Of a DNA stretch of 64,000 bases, positions 37,863-51,158 are shown in pieces; position 1 is the first letter of the stretch, and each line of letters begins with the position of its first letter. The position numbers and the translations under genes are program-made. The notes under the pieces were generated by a model. The model was not told the DNA's origin. It was given only the letters and a program-made list of their open reading frames with translations, and made no database searches. The stretch lies in the NCBI RefSeq assembly GCF_004010195.1, contig NC_057718.1:13557549-13621548 (forward strand), in the 5' to 3' direction. Source of the DNA: Chiloscyllium plagiosum. Taxonomy: Eukaryota.

Positions 37863-38052
37863 TAGCTCAGGTTGAGGTTCTGGATGTCGGTTTGCTCACT
37901 GAGCTGGGAGGTTCGTCACCATACTAGGTAACATCTTCAGTGAGCTTCTGGATGAAGCTTCATCCGGAGGCTCACTGAAGATGTTACTTAGTATGGTGAC
38001 AAAACGTCTGAAAACTAACTTTCCAGCTCAGCGAGCAAACCGACATCCAGAA
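37863..38052. repeat. ~190-bp palindromic Penelope remnant
   Basis: Hairpin centred on gatgaagcttcatc (37951-37964); arms match PLE termini at 23580 and 43930. Confidence 0.85.
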
Positions 38053-38214
38053 CAATATGTAAATGGAGAAAGATGGAAGAAAGAAAGAAATATATATAAC
38101 AAAAACCTACATTCTATATAACTTAGACCACATCTACAGGGTGCCATATTTAAATTTTAGTCAGGAAAATAAGATTATTTGCATGCCTAAGTTAAAAGAA
38201 CAATATTTTCTTAC

Positions 38215-38311
38215 CACATTAGTCAAGTGCATTGCAGTCTGTAGAAGATAACATTGAGCTGCTTCTCGCAGCAACACTTGATGATTGGTCATAGTGCAGC
38301 ACATTACTTCC
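38215..38311 (-). pseudogene. Exon (R)[32 protein letters not shown]
   Basis: tacttcacAG acceptor, GTaaga donor, 97 nt (phase 2 to 0). Confidence 0.65.
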
Positions 38312-41300
38312 CTGTGAAGTATCAGATATAAAAATCAGGGACAAATAATTACTTTTAGCTAAGTATAATCCTCAACAGATTAAAAACAAAGTACAGATAA
38401 AAAACAAAGTACAGATACAGTGTCTCAAATCGAGCTATCCTAAAACCAGAGTTTTAAAACCTAAAACCATAAGCCACTCATTTGTGTCTGGTGTCAAGTA
38501 ACAATTTTAACTGCTATCCAGTAAGTTAAATAACTTACAGGGACAATGTGGCTTGGTGCTGCATTGGGACACCAGAATAGTTACTGGTTTTGTACACCAG
38601 CCTTTTCCCATACGCTGCATGAGTGACTTGGGTGACCTTTATCCTCACCCAACCTGCAGTTCTTTGGCAGTTTAATGAAAACAACTGTACTGTGAATACA
38701 GCATAGCCTGAACATTCTAAAGAGTCATACTGGACTCGAAACACAAACTCTTTTTAACCTCTTCAGATGCTGTCAGACCCCCTGTTGAGTTTCACCAGCA
38801 TTGTTTGTTTTAGACTCAAAGAGTGCCTTACTTGCCTTATGATTTTATATTTTTCCAGAAACTCTTTTCCCCCCCACAATTGTTGACAATAAACTTGATT
38901 TTGTGTTTTTGCTATTAATTGAATTGAGATTCCAAACACTTCCTCCAGACTGACAAGATCCAAAGTCCAGCATGTACTTAGTCCAGAGGTTGCCACTTTT
39001 GAGACAATAGACCTGAACAATGGTTTCATATTGTATTTCAGTTCCAAGAGTTAAAAATATTTCATAACACATTAGAAGACTTGCATCATTTCATGTTCTT
39101 TGCACTGAAATACCTGTGCAATCTAAAATATCTACCACCAAACTGGATGTTTCAACAAATTTCTCTCAGTTACAGTTTTCTCAGTCCAACTAGTCCATAT
39201 TGACATTTACTCCCTTCACAGAAGTGAACATTTCTAATCATGTTTACAAACCTTGCTCCCAAATCCATTCAACCTTTTGTCATCCATCAAACTATACATT
39301 CTGAACTTGAATGGCAATTTATGTTTCTGTCTCAACCATGAACCCTATTCCTTGTTAAAGTGTGGAGTTTTAAATTATTCCAAGTTGAGTCTCTTCACAA
39401 ACATCCATACCGAACAGCATGAAGCCCTTCTACTCCCCAGGTTTTGCGTGTTGGAATATGTACAAGAGCTTGTGAGATGAAAAGTATGGGAATAGCACAC
39501 CAGTGCTTAGCAGCCATGCTCTTAATCAACTTCATGAGAAAGTCACCTAACCAAAAGGAAATAAAACTTTTAAAAACTTTCCACATAAATCAGTTCAAAA
39601 GACTACAAACAAATGACAAATTTTTCAAAGGTTTGTAGATTTGAATCTTAAATATTAATGTTATTGTCTTATAACTCATCAAGAGTTTCAAAATGCATTA
39701 TCAATGGTAACCTGAGGGTCCAACTATCAGTATATAACAACACAAACATATTTTAAGATATAACATCCTCTTTATCTCCCCAACTGTAGCATTATTCAAG
39801 TTAGAACATGGAATGATGCCCTTTGAAAAAGGGTATGGCTTATTCAATCTGTGCTATGACACTTTCCAAGCAAAACACAGAAGTCTATTTGCAGAGATAC
39901 GTAACAAACCTAACAGGCTTTTTTTAAAACAAGAGAGACATCAAAGAAAACAATCAAATGGCATTAAAAGTAAATTACAGGTCACAACTAAAAACAATTA
40001 GGGATGGGCAACAGAAATCATTGTTGCCCATCCCTCATTTTCCTCAAGAAAGTGGCGTTCAACTGCCTTCTACAATGCAGATGAAGTCAGCACGTATGGT
40101 AGGAAGGGAATTAGGATGGGGGTGGGAAGTTAGGAAGGGAGTTCCAGAATTTCAACCCAGTAATAGTCTAAGAATGACAGTATGGTACCAAGTCAAGATT
40201 GTGTGTGGCATGAAGAAATACCAGCAGTGTTGATGGCTTTCCAATGCATCTGCTGCCCTTGCCGTTCTTGGTGGTAGAGGTTACAGGTTTGAAAGATGCT
40301 ATATAAGAAGCCTTGGTGAGATGTTAGAATGCATCATGTAAACTGTACACACTGCTACCCCTATGCTGGAGGTCGTGAATATGGAGAGTGGTGCCATTCA
40401 AACATGTTTATTTGAACTACATGGTGTCAAGCATTTTGAGTCATGAGTGTTGTTGGAGCTGCTGCATTCAAACAAGTGGAGTGCATGCCATGCACTCTGA
40501 TGTGTGCTTTGTAGATAATGGATATTATAGAGAGTCCTTACATCCGAATTAAACAAAGGTAAAATTGTAATTGTTCCAGCTATAAAACTGATAATTTTCT
40601 AGGTGAACTTGATAAATCTGCTTGGAATATGAAATCAGCAAATGCCCTCATATAAAGCCATGTGCAGTCTGGGTAAGCAGAGGGCTCAATCCCCAATTAG
40701 CACTGTTACTGGATCTCAGCTGAAGCAGCAGCAGCGACCGGGATGGGGTGGAGTTTGGGGAAACATAGAAGTCAGTGAGGGCTTCCATTCCTGTTTACTG
40801 ACTTGTTCATGGATGCCAGATGAAGTTACTGATCACCTATGAAAATCTGTGCAGTTGTTTTCTTCAGTTGCAGAATGCTGTGGATCATTCTGCATTAGAG
40901 GTTTGCGACTCCAGGTCACCAATTAAGTAATTCAAATTACCGAAAACTACTTTCTGGGTACATTACACCCAAGCGACCTCCCCTACATGAGCTAGAGCAT
41001 AAAAATCAGTGGCTGTAGACAGTACGTTCTCATTGCTATCCACAACAGATTAGTGTGTGCTTTCCTAAATTGAAAACATACTTACAACACATTCAAGACT
41101 ACCTTTTGCAAAATAGACTGCTTAATCACAAGAATCTACCTTGGAATTCTTCAGCCACATTTTCTACAAAATTAACAAGACATGTCTGTAACTTCTCAGC
41201 TAGAATAGGACGGCTGCCAAGTATCTGTTCTGGAGATCTGAAAAGTAGAAATGCACACAACAACATATCAAAGCAGATAAAGATCAAATTACACAAAAAA

Positions 41301-41336
41301 AAGGTAACAAACAAAGGAACTAAAATACTTACACAC

Positions 41337-41389
41337 CTGCTGTAAAATGTACTTTCTGAAAGAGCATCCATCACTGGTCCACAGATAAA
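41337..41389 (-). pseudogene. Exon FICGPVMDALSESTFYS(R)
   Basis: tttaAG acceptor, AG|GTgtgt donor, 53 nt (phase 0 to 2), matches the next exon. Confidence 0.5.
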
Positions 41390-42421
41390 CTTAAATTTAT
41401 AAAGAAAAAATCAATTAGGACTATTTGAAATTGTAAAGTAGGTTCTTTGATTTGAAATAAACAGGGCATTAAAAGGTTTTTTTAAAGATAAAAGAGGGAT
41501 CAAAGCAGCAGGTTATTCAAGTTTTCAGAACAAATAATAGGACAGAGAATATGGAAAGGGTCACGAATCTAACTTCAGGCACAGCAAATAACAGGACAAT
41601 TCTGAGAAGGCGAACAGTCAACTCAGCACTAAGGGTGTTGTACTTCTAAGTTTGCAGTATACAAAACAAGGTAAACAAACTTATAGCACAAATTGAAATA
41701 GACAGGTATGATGTAGTGTGTATCACAGAGACATGGTTGCAAGGTGATCAGGGCTGGGAACTAATTTTTCTTTGTTCCTTCACAAGATGTAGGCATTGCT
41801 GGCTAGGACAGCATTTATTGCCCATCCCCAATTGCCTAGAGGGCAGTTAAGAATCAATCACATTGCTGTGGGTCTGGACTCACATGTAGGCCAAACCAGG
41901 TGAGGATGGCAGTTTTCTTCCCTAAAGGACATTAGTGAAACACATCGGTTTTTCTGACAATGGATTCATAGCCAGCTATCATTAGACTTTCAATTCCAGA
42001 TTTTTATTGGACTCAAATCCTACCATCTGCCGTAGCCGGATTAGAACCCAGGTCTCCAGGACATTACTTGGGTCTCTGGGTTAACAGATCAGCCATAATA
42101 CCACAAGGCCATTGCCTCCTCGTATTAAGATTAACATTCTATCAAAAGGATGGGCAGAAGAGACAGAGTTGCCTTGCTAGTAAGAAAGTAAATTAAAATC
42201 AACAGCAAGAATTGATGCTGCATCGGAATGTGTGGACTCTGTGTCGATAGAGTTGATGATACACGCCTCCTAATAGTAGTTAAGATGTGGGACAGAAAAT
42301 AAATCAGCACTTAGAAAAGGCATGTAAGAAAGGCACTCGAATAATAATCATGGGGAGCTTGAATATGGAGATGGACTGGGAAAATCTGATCACAAGAAAA
42401 TGGAATTGGGGAACATCAATA

Positions 42422-42727
42422 GGGGTGGCACAATGGCTCAGTGGTTGGCACTGCTACCTCACAATACCAGTGTCCCAGGTTCGATTCCAGCCTTGGGCGA
42501 CTGTCTGTGTGGAGTTTGCACATTCTCCTCGTGTCTGCATGGGTTTACTCCGGTTTCCTCCCACAGTCAAAAGTTGTGCAAATTAGGTGAATTGCCATGC
42601 TAAACTGCCCATAGTGTTAGTTGCATTAGTCAGAGGGAAATGGGTCTGGGTGGGTTACTCTTCGGAGGGTTGGTGTGGACTGGTTGGGCCGAAGGGCCTG
42701 TTTCCACACTGTAGGGAATCTAATCTA
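42422..42727 (+). mobile_element. HE1-type V-SINE
   Basis: tggctcagtggttggcactg..ggttcgattcc A/B boxes and V-domain. Confidence 0.88.
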
Positions 42728-44027
42728 TGAGGTAGCTTTTTGAAGCAGCTTGCAGTATAGCCAAATAAGGAACAGGCAATTTTGCGATGTGTAATGAGAC
42801 AGACTTGATGAGGGAGTTAAGGTGAAGGAACCCGGAGGGGACACAGTGGCCATAATAACAGTTGGAGAAGGAGAAGCTGGAATCAGATGCAACAGTAGTA
42901 TAATTGAGTAAAGGTCAATTGAGTAATTGACTCCAAAGAGATGAGGAGGAAACTGACCAGAGTTGATTAGAAGGGGAGCCTAACAGGATCCATTTGATCT
43001 AACCTTGCTAACACTTGACCATGAGGAACCTTGTCGAATGCCTTACTGAAGTTAACATAGATCACGTCTACAACTCTGCCCTCATCGTTACTTCTTCAAA
43101 AAACTCAGTCAAGTTAGTGAGACATGATTTCCCACACAAAAAGCCATGTTGAAGATTCCTAATCAGTCCTTGCCTATCCAGATACATGTAAATCCTGTAC
43201 ATCTGGATTCCCTCCAACAATATGCCCACCTCCAAGGTCAGGCTCACTGGTCTTTAGTTCCCTTGTTTTTCCTTACTTCCTTTCTTAAATAGTGGCAACA
43301 CCTTATCCAAACTTGTCTTTCAGCGCCTTACCTATAACTATTGATGATCCAAATACCTCAGCAAGGGGCCCAGCAATCACTTTCCTAGCTTCCCACAGAG
43401 TTTAAGGGTACACCTGATCAGGTCGTGGGGATCTATCCACCTTGATGCGTTTTAAGACATCCAGTATCTCCTCCTCTGTAGGGTGAACATTTTTCAAGAG
43501 GTCACCATCTATTTCCCCACATTCTATATATTTCATGTCCTTCTCCACAGTAAACAACTTGTTTAGCATCTCCTGCAGTATAACACATGCTGGCTTGCAG
43601 ATCTTTGAAGAGTCCTATTCTCTCCCTAGGTACCCTTTTGTCCTTATTATATTTATAAAATCCCCTTGATTCACCTTCATTTGATTTGCCAAAGCTATCT
43701 CATATCCCCTTTTTGCCCTCCTGATTATGGCAACTGCTATTCCTGGGACCGTAAGAAACTTACAAAAGTTGTGTGCACAGCCCAGACCATCATGGAAGCC
43801 AACCGCCCAGCCATGGACTCCACCTACACTTCTTGTTATTAGCGAGTTTTGAGAAGATTTGTAGCTCAAAGAAACTCAAACATATAAATAGAAAACAGAA
43901 ATTATCAGCAGTGCTTCATCTGAGGCCCCCTGAAGATGTTATCTAGTAGGGTGACGAAACGTCTGGAGATGAAACTTCCAGCTCAGCGAGCAAACCTAGA
44001 TCCAACACTTCTTGTTGCTACAGAAAG

Positions 44028-44365
44028 GGCAGCATGGTGGCTCAGTGGGTAGCAATGCTGCCTCAGTGCCAGAAACGTGGGTTTAATTCTAACCTCAGGC
44101 AACTGCACATTCTCCGCCTTGGCTACGTGGGTGTCCTCCAGGTGCTCCGGTTTTCTCCCATAGTCCAAAGATGTACAGGTTAGGTGAATTGGCAGTGCTA
44201 AATTGCCCATAGTATCCAGGGATGTGTAGGTTAGGCGGATTTATCATAGGAAATGCAGGGTCACAGGGATAGGGTAGGGGTATGAGTCTGGGTGGGATGC
44301 CCTTCGGAGAGTTGATGTGAACTTGAAGGTCTGAATGGCCTGTTTCCATACTATAGGAATTCTGT
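44028..44365 (+). mobile_element. HE1-type V-SINE
   Basis: Same head, V-domain and tail as 42422. Confidence 0.85.
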
Positions 44366-45826
44366 GAAAGTATACTGCCATTGCCCTTATACTCCAAGGA
44401 TTCACTCGATCTATCCTGTCTATACCTGATACGTGCTTCCTTCTTTTTCTTAACCAAAACCTCAATTTCTCTGGTCATCCAGCATTCCTACAACTTCCAG
44501 CCTTGCCTTTCACCCTAACAGGAATATGCTATCTCTGGACTCTTGTAGTCTCATTTTTCAGCCATCCCTTTACCTGCAAACATCTGCACCCAATCAACTT
44601 TGGAAAGTTCTTGCCTAATACGATTACAATTGGCCTTCCTCCAATTTAGAACGCTAACGCTTAAATCCCATCTATTCTTTTCCATCACGAATAGAATTAT
44701 GGTCTCTGGCCCCAAAGTGATCCTCCATTGACACTTCAGTCACTCATCCTGTCTTATTTCCCAAGAGAAGGTCAAGTTTTGCACCTTCTCTAGTACGTGC
44801 ATCCATGTACTGAATCAGAAAATTGTCTTGTAAATACTTAACAAATTCCTCTCCATCTAAACTCTTAACATTATGGTAGTGCCAGTCTACATTTGGAAAG
44901 TTAAAATCTCCTGCCATTACCACGCTACTATTCTTACAGATAACTGAGATCTCCTTACAAATTTGCTTCTCAATTTCCCTCTAACCGTTAGGAGGTCTAT
45001 AATACAATCCCAATAAGGTGATCATCTCTTTCTTATTTCTCAGTTCTACCCAAATAACATCCCTGTATGTATTCCCAGGAATATCCTCTAGTATAGCCAT
45101 AATGTTATCCCGTATCAAAAAGGCCACTCCCCCTCTTCTCTTGCCCCCCAACTCCCCCACCCCCATCCTCCCTATAGTATCCTGGAACATTAAGCTGCCA
45201 GTCCTGTCCATCCCTGTAACTGCAATGATAATCCAGTCTCATGTTCCTAACCACGCCTGGAGTTCATCTGCCTTCCCGGTTAGGCCTCTTGCATTGAAAT
45301 AAATGCAATTTAATTTATCTCATTCTCTGCTTTGTTCCTGCCTGCCCTAACTGTTTGACTTGCTCGACTTGCTCCTTTTCCCAACTATCCCAGTGTCAGA
45401 TCGATCTCTTTCCTCACTGCCTCCCTGTGTCCCACCCTCCCCAATCTTACTAGTTTAAATCCTCTCAAGCAGCTCGAGCAAATCTCCCTGCTAGTATATT
45501 AGTCCCGTTCCAATTCAGGTGCAATCTATCCTTCTTATACAGGTCACTTCTGTCCCAGAAGAGAGTCCAATGATCCAAAAATGTGAATTCTTCTCCTCTA
45601 CACCAGCTCCTGAGCCACATATTCATCTGCTCTATTCCTACCCTCAGTAGATTGTAGCACGAGAAGTAATCCAGATATTACAACGCTCAAGGACCTCCTT
45701 TTTAAATTCCTTCCTAACTTCTTACATTGTCCCTTCAGAATCTCATCCTTTTTCCTTCCTATGTCATTAGTTCCAATGTGTACAATGATCTCCTGCTGGT
45801 CAGTCCCCTTTGAGAATATTCTGCAT

Positions 45827-47038
45827 TGTTGTGGATCTGTTCACCGAGCTGGGAATTTGTGTTGCAGACATTTCGTCCCCTGTCTAGGTGACATCCTCAG
45901 TGCTTGGGAGCCTCCTGTGAAGCGCTTCTGTGATGTTTCCTCCGGCATTTATAGTGGTTTGTCTCTGCCGCTTCAGTTCGTCAGTTCTAGCTGTCCGCTG
46001 GAGTGGCCGGTATATTGGGTCCAGGTCGATGCGTTTGTTGGTAGAATCTGTGGATGAGTGCCATGCCTCTAGGAATTCCCTGGCTGTTCTCTGTTTGGCT
46101 TGTCCTATAATAGCAGTGTTGTCCAGTCGAACTCATGTTGCTTGTCATCTGAGTGTGTGGCTACTAAGGATAGCTGGTCGTGTCATTTCGTGGCTAGTCG
46201 GTGTTCATGGATACGGATACAGACCACTAGGACTCATAACAGCACACAAACCAACAGCCACTCTCAGACAACAACTCACCAGGACAAAGGACCCGATATC
46301 CAGCATGAGCAAAACCAACGTAATATACAAAATCCCATGCAAGGACTGCACAAAACACTACATAGGACAAACAGGAAGACAGCTAACGATCCGCATCCAT
46401 GAACACCAACTAGCCACGAAACGACACGACCAGCTATCCTTAGTAGCCACACACGCAGACGACAAGCAACATGAATTTGACTGGGACAACACTNNNNNNN
46501 NNNNNNNNNNNNNNNNNNNNNNNNNNNNNNNNNNNNNNNNNNNNNNNNNNNNNNNNNNNNNNNNNNNNNNNNNNNNNNNNNNNNNNNNNNNNNNNNNNNN
46601 NNNNNNNNNNNNNNNNNNNNNNNNNNNNNNNNNNNNNNNNNNNNNNNNNNNNNNNNNNNNNNNNNNNNNNNNNNNNNNNNNNNNNNNNNNNNNNNNNNNN
46701 NNNNNNNNNNNNNNCTATTATAGGACAAGCCAAACAGAGAACAGCCAGGGAATTCCTAGAGGCATGGCACTCATCCACAGATTCTATCAACAAACACATC
46801 AACCTGGACCCAATATACCGGCCACTACAGCGGACAGCTGGAACTGACGACTGGAAGCAGCAGAGACAAACCACTATAAATGCCGGATGAAACATCACAG
46901 AAGCGCTTCAAAGGAGGCTCCCAAGCACTGAGGATGTCACCTAGACAGGGGACAAAACGTCTGCAACACAAATCCCCAGCTCGGCGAACAGATCCACAAC
47001 AACGAGCACCCGAACTACAAATCTCCTCACAAACTTTA
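45827..47038 (+). mobile_element. Penelope element with GIY-YIG endonuclease and an inverted 5' arm, inserted in CR1 ORF1
   Basis: NVIYKIPCKDCTKHYIGQTGRQLTIRIHEH. Left arm 45827-~46215 is inverted. TSD aatattctg(c/t)at at 45815-45826 and 47039-47050. Confidence 0.92.
46494..46714. other. Assembly gap
   Basis: N run. Confidence 1.
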
Positions 47039-47769
47039 AATATTCTGTATTCTTGAGATATCCTTGATCCTGGCACCAGGGAGGCAACATGCCATCCTGA
47101 TTTCTTGCTGTCAGCCTCAGAAACGTCTGTCTACAGCTCTGAATAGAGAGTCCCGTATCACAATCGATCACTTGGAACCAACACAATCCTCGTCACATTA
47201 GAGCCAGTCTCAATACTAGAAACTTGGAGTCCATTAGCCCCTACATTTTTCAAAACCACATGTTTGCTTGAGATAGGGATAGCCATAGGAGACTCCTCCC
47301 TAAATGCCCCCCTCTCCTACCTTTCCTAGTGGTAATCAATCTACCTGACTTTATCCTATAACTGCCATCCATCACACCCCCTAGCTCCTGTAAATTCCTC
47401 ACTGCCTCTAACTGCCAGTCCAATTGATCCATGCGATCGGATAGGATTCGCAACCAAACATACTTCCTGCAGACATAATCATCAGTAACATCCGACAGGA
47501 AGAGCACATCACTCTACTCAGGGCCATCTTTGCACCTTAACAGAAAATAGCACAGTCTTACTGCTCTAAAAAACACTCTCCCCACCCCCCGGCTAACTTA
47601 GTACCTATGTTTTATATTTTTAAATTTTAATCAAGATACAGATCTAAATAAAACATAAATATAAAGAACCTACTCTACTCACTATTAAAAAAAACACAGC
47701 AAGGTTAATTTAAATACCATGCACTTATCTACCTACTTGGAAGAACATGGTAAACATGGCATAGTCAGC

Positions 47770-48030
47770 AAGGGTGAGAGGGGAAGGATATAAGAGAGAC
47801 CTAAGGGGCAACATTTTCACGCGGAGGGTGGTACGTGCATAAATGAGCTGCCAGAGAAGTGGTGGAATCTAGTACAATTGCAACTTTAAAAGTCATCTGA
47901 ATAGGTATATGAATAGGAAGGGTTTGGAGGGATATGAGCTAGGTGCTAGATTGGGTTGGGATATCTGGTTGGCATGGACGAGTTGGACCGAAGGGTCTGT
48001 TTCCCTGCTGTACATCTGTGACTCTATGTC
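47770..48030 (+). mobile_element. CR1 3' end
   Basis: Matches 61780-62045. Confidence 0.88.
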
Positions 48031-48504
48031 ATCAAGGAGAGGTGATGCCTGACAAATCTGTCCGAATTCTTTGAGAAGTGAGACAAAGGAAAGCCAGTCA
48101 CCATAATCTATTTGGAATTCCAGAAGGCCTTTGACAAGGTGCCACACAGAAGGATTAGCTGACTGGCAGAAGACCATAGAATGGGGATAAAGAGGTCTTT
48201 TTTTAGGATATTAGCCGGTGACTAATGGAGTTCCGCAGGAGTCAGATTTGGGACCACAACTGTTCATGTTCTACATGAATGATCTGAACAAAGTAACGGA
48301 GGGCATTGTTGCTAAATTCACAGATGACACAACTCTAGGTGTAGGGACAGGTAGTGTTGAGCAAGTGGGGAAGCTGCAGAAGGACTTGAAAAGGCGAGGA
48401 GAGGAGCAAAGAGGTAGTAGATGGAATGCAATTTCCCATGAGGACTGTGGGTCTGTCCTCAATGGGGTTTGGAAAAATGAGGGGAATCTCAATTAAGCTG
48501 ACAG

Positions 48505-49480
48505 AATCGAGTCATAGCGAAGTATAGCACGGAAACAGACCCTTCGGTCCAACTAGTCTAGCCTGACCAGATATCCCAACCTAATCGAGTCCCATTTGTC
48601 AGCACTTGGCCCATATCCCTCCAAACCCTTCCTATTCATATACCGATCCAGAAGCCTCTTAAATACTGCAATTGTACCAGCCTCCACCACTTCCTCTGAC
48701 AGCTCATTCCATACATGCACCACCCTCTGGGTGAAACAGTTGGCCCTTAGGTCTCTTTTATATCTTTCCCCTCTCACCCTAAACCTATGCCCTCTAGTCT
48801 TGGACTCTCACACCCCATAGAAATGACTTGGTCTATTTATCTGATCCATGCCCCTCATCATTTTGTAAACCTCTATGAGGTCGCCCCTCAGCCTTCAATG
48901 CTCCAGTGAAAACAGCCCCGGTCTATTCAGCCTCTCCTTATAGCTCAAATTCTCCAACTCTGGCAATATCCTTGTAAATCTTTTCTGAACCCTTTCAAGA
49001 TTCACAACATCCTTCCGATAGGAAGAAAACCAGAATTGCGTAGAATATTCCAAACGTGGCCTAACCAACATCCTGGACAGCCACAACATGACCTCCTACC
49101 TCCTACACTCAATGCTCTAACCAATAGAGGTCTTCTTCAGTATCCTATCTACCAGTGACTATACTTTCAAGGAACTAAGAACCTGCACTCCAAGGTCTCT
49201 TTGTTCAGCAACACTCCCTAGGACCTTACCATTAAGTGTATAAGTCCTGCTAAGATTTGCTTTCCCAAAATGCAGCACCGCGCATCGTTCTGCCACTCAG
49301 TCCATTGGCCCATCTGGTCAAGATCCTGTTGTAATCCAAGGTAATGTTCTTTGCTGTCCACTACACTTCCAATTTTGGTGTCATCTACAAATTTATGAAC
49401 TATACCTCCTATGTTCACATCCAAGTCATTTAAGTTAATGAAGAAAAGTAGTGGACCCAACACCGATCCTTGTGGTACAA
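48505..49480 (-). mobile_element. CR1 LINE 3' part nested in an older plus-strand CR1 (about 48030-48500 and 49490-49780)
   Basis: [24 protein letters not shown]; the flanks continue an older plus-strand CR1 RT. Confidence 0.88.
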
Positions 49481-50029
49481 GATAGAGTGGATATAAAGAT
49501 GACGTTTCCACTATAGGAGAGTCTAGAACCGGAGGATAGAGCCTTTGAGTGAAGGGATGACCCTGTAGAACTGAGTTGAGGAGGAATTTCTTCAGCCAGC
49601 AGATGGTTCATCTGTGGAATTCATTGTCACAGATGGCTTTGCAGGTCAAATCATTGAGTGTCTTTAAGACAGAGACAAATAGGATCTTGAGTTGAGAAAC
49701 ATATCACCAATGATTGAATGGCAGAAGAGAGACTCAATGGACCAAATGGCCGAATTCTGTTCTTATATCTTATGGTCAAAGAGAAGAGTGAGACAACACA
49801 TTTGTTTTGAGTGCTTTAAAAGGAATATACAAATTGCTGCATTCAAGTGAAAATTTCCTTCATGAGTTAGAAATGTTCAATTATAGAGAATTTAAAAGGA
49901 ACTTAAAGCAACTGATGGCACTCATCCAACACACTTTCCATGCCACATAACACCTTAACAGCATCTCAATGTCGATCACAGAATGTTTGAGAAGGACATG
50001 TAGATTCCAAAACAGGATGTCAACATTAC

Positions 50030-50101
50030 CTGATGGTGACCCAGATCAAGAATATTCACTAGAGCAATGGCAACCCCATCTTGAACAAAGGTCTGATCTT
50101 C
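50030..50101 (-). pseudogene. Possible exon EDQTFVQDGVAIALVNILDLGHHQ
   Basis: Good CAG|GTaatg donor; acceptor is weak and ambiguous. Confidence 0.35.
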
Positions 50102-50185
50102 CTCTCTCCTTCCATTGTAGGGAATATTAGAATATCATTGCCAACAATTTATCATGTATCAGTGGTCGCAAATTTTAAAACTTAC

Positions 50186-50334
50186 CTCACAAAGATCTTG
50201 AGTTCTGAAAGGATACTTTGTGACACTAAGATCAAGAAACTGAAACAGGCTTTCTTTCATTGCAGTTTTGTTTTCACTTTCAAACATTCGTTTGTAAGCA
50301 CAAAGGAGCCAAGATGTGTGAAAAAGTGAACGAC
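50186..50334 (-). pseudogene. Pseudo-exon [17 protein letters not shown] / [24 protein letters not shown] (inferred frameshift)
   Basis: aacctAG acceptor, GAG|GTaagt donor. Resembles DNAH14 VKLDSSRTYSLDEFCEE (from memory). Confidence 0.55.
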
Positions 50335-51001
50335 CTAGGTTTATAAACAAACCATCAATCAATATGTTTTTCCACACATTAATTGTTTAATTTTTGCAGA
50401 ATAAAACATTTTAAAATCTAAAGTCAGTTAACTCAATCTCTCCAAGTTTAGAATACCATATATTCAATCAAGCATCATACCCATCCCCACCCCCAATCAA
50501 ATAAAGTAGTTTTGACACTATTAGAAGTAAAAGCAGCCAGCTTTACAAGCCACGAAAGCACTTCCAAAACTTTTGCCCTATTACCCCAGTCCGAATCTTG
50601 AAAATTACTGCAAGCCTTCAGTGAGAAATGTTCAAGCTGGATTACAGCTATTATAACTTGTTGAAAGCTTCACTACCTCCACTCTGGGATGCCCTTTGCT
50701 AGTGAATAATGAGTAAACATCAGATGAGACTTCCTGTGAAGAACAGCAATCTGGGAAAAACTCAACTCACAAAACTAAATGATAGTTTCATTTATTAATT
50801 CCAATTGCAAGAGTGTTTGCAATGAACTGGAGGCCCAACAAATTGAGACTACTCAAGCTCAAATTTTCTGGAATTATTTTGTTGATCTGTCCAAGTTCAA
50901 CCAGTCTATTCTGATATTTATATCCACCCATCCTACGATTTAATTCAAAACAGCAGAACAAAGTGAAAAATAAATTAGACAAATGAAAAATGTCCACATA
51001 C

Positions 51002-51158
51002 AATGAAATCAAATGTCTCTTAAAATGAAAAATTCTTGTTTTCCTCATATTAAACTTGGCAGTTTGCAAAAACAAAAGTGTTTTATTAAGGTTATAGTTG
51101 TAAAGACATTGATACAGATTAGCAATAAGTGACATTGGGGGCAGGAGATGTCAATTTG
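51002..51158 (-). pseudogene. Pseudo-exon ...LYQCLYNYNLNKTLLFLQTAKFNMRKTRIFHFKRHLIS
   Basis: tttttttAG acceptor, GTatgt donor. Resembles DNAH14 FSDFRMNKAFVTWKLNVKRIKT (from memory). Confidence 0.55.

Larger units (their letters stand above)
42990..47740 (-). mobile_element. CR1 LINE (5' region, ORF1, endonuclease, start of RT) with nested Penelope and SINE insertions
   Basis: ORF1 DDYVCRK..ILSDRMD; EN GGVAFLIRD, LYYRPPN; RT start near 43050-43200. Confidence 0.85.

Noticed and set aside
42422..42495. tRNA gene
   Set aside because: The A/B boxes belong to a SINE head followed by a V-domain; no full cloverleaf.
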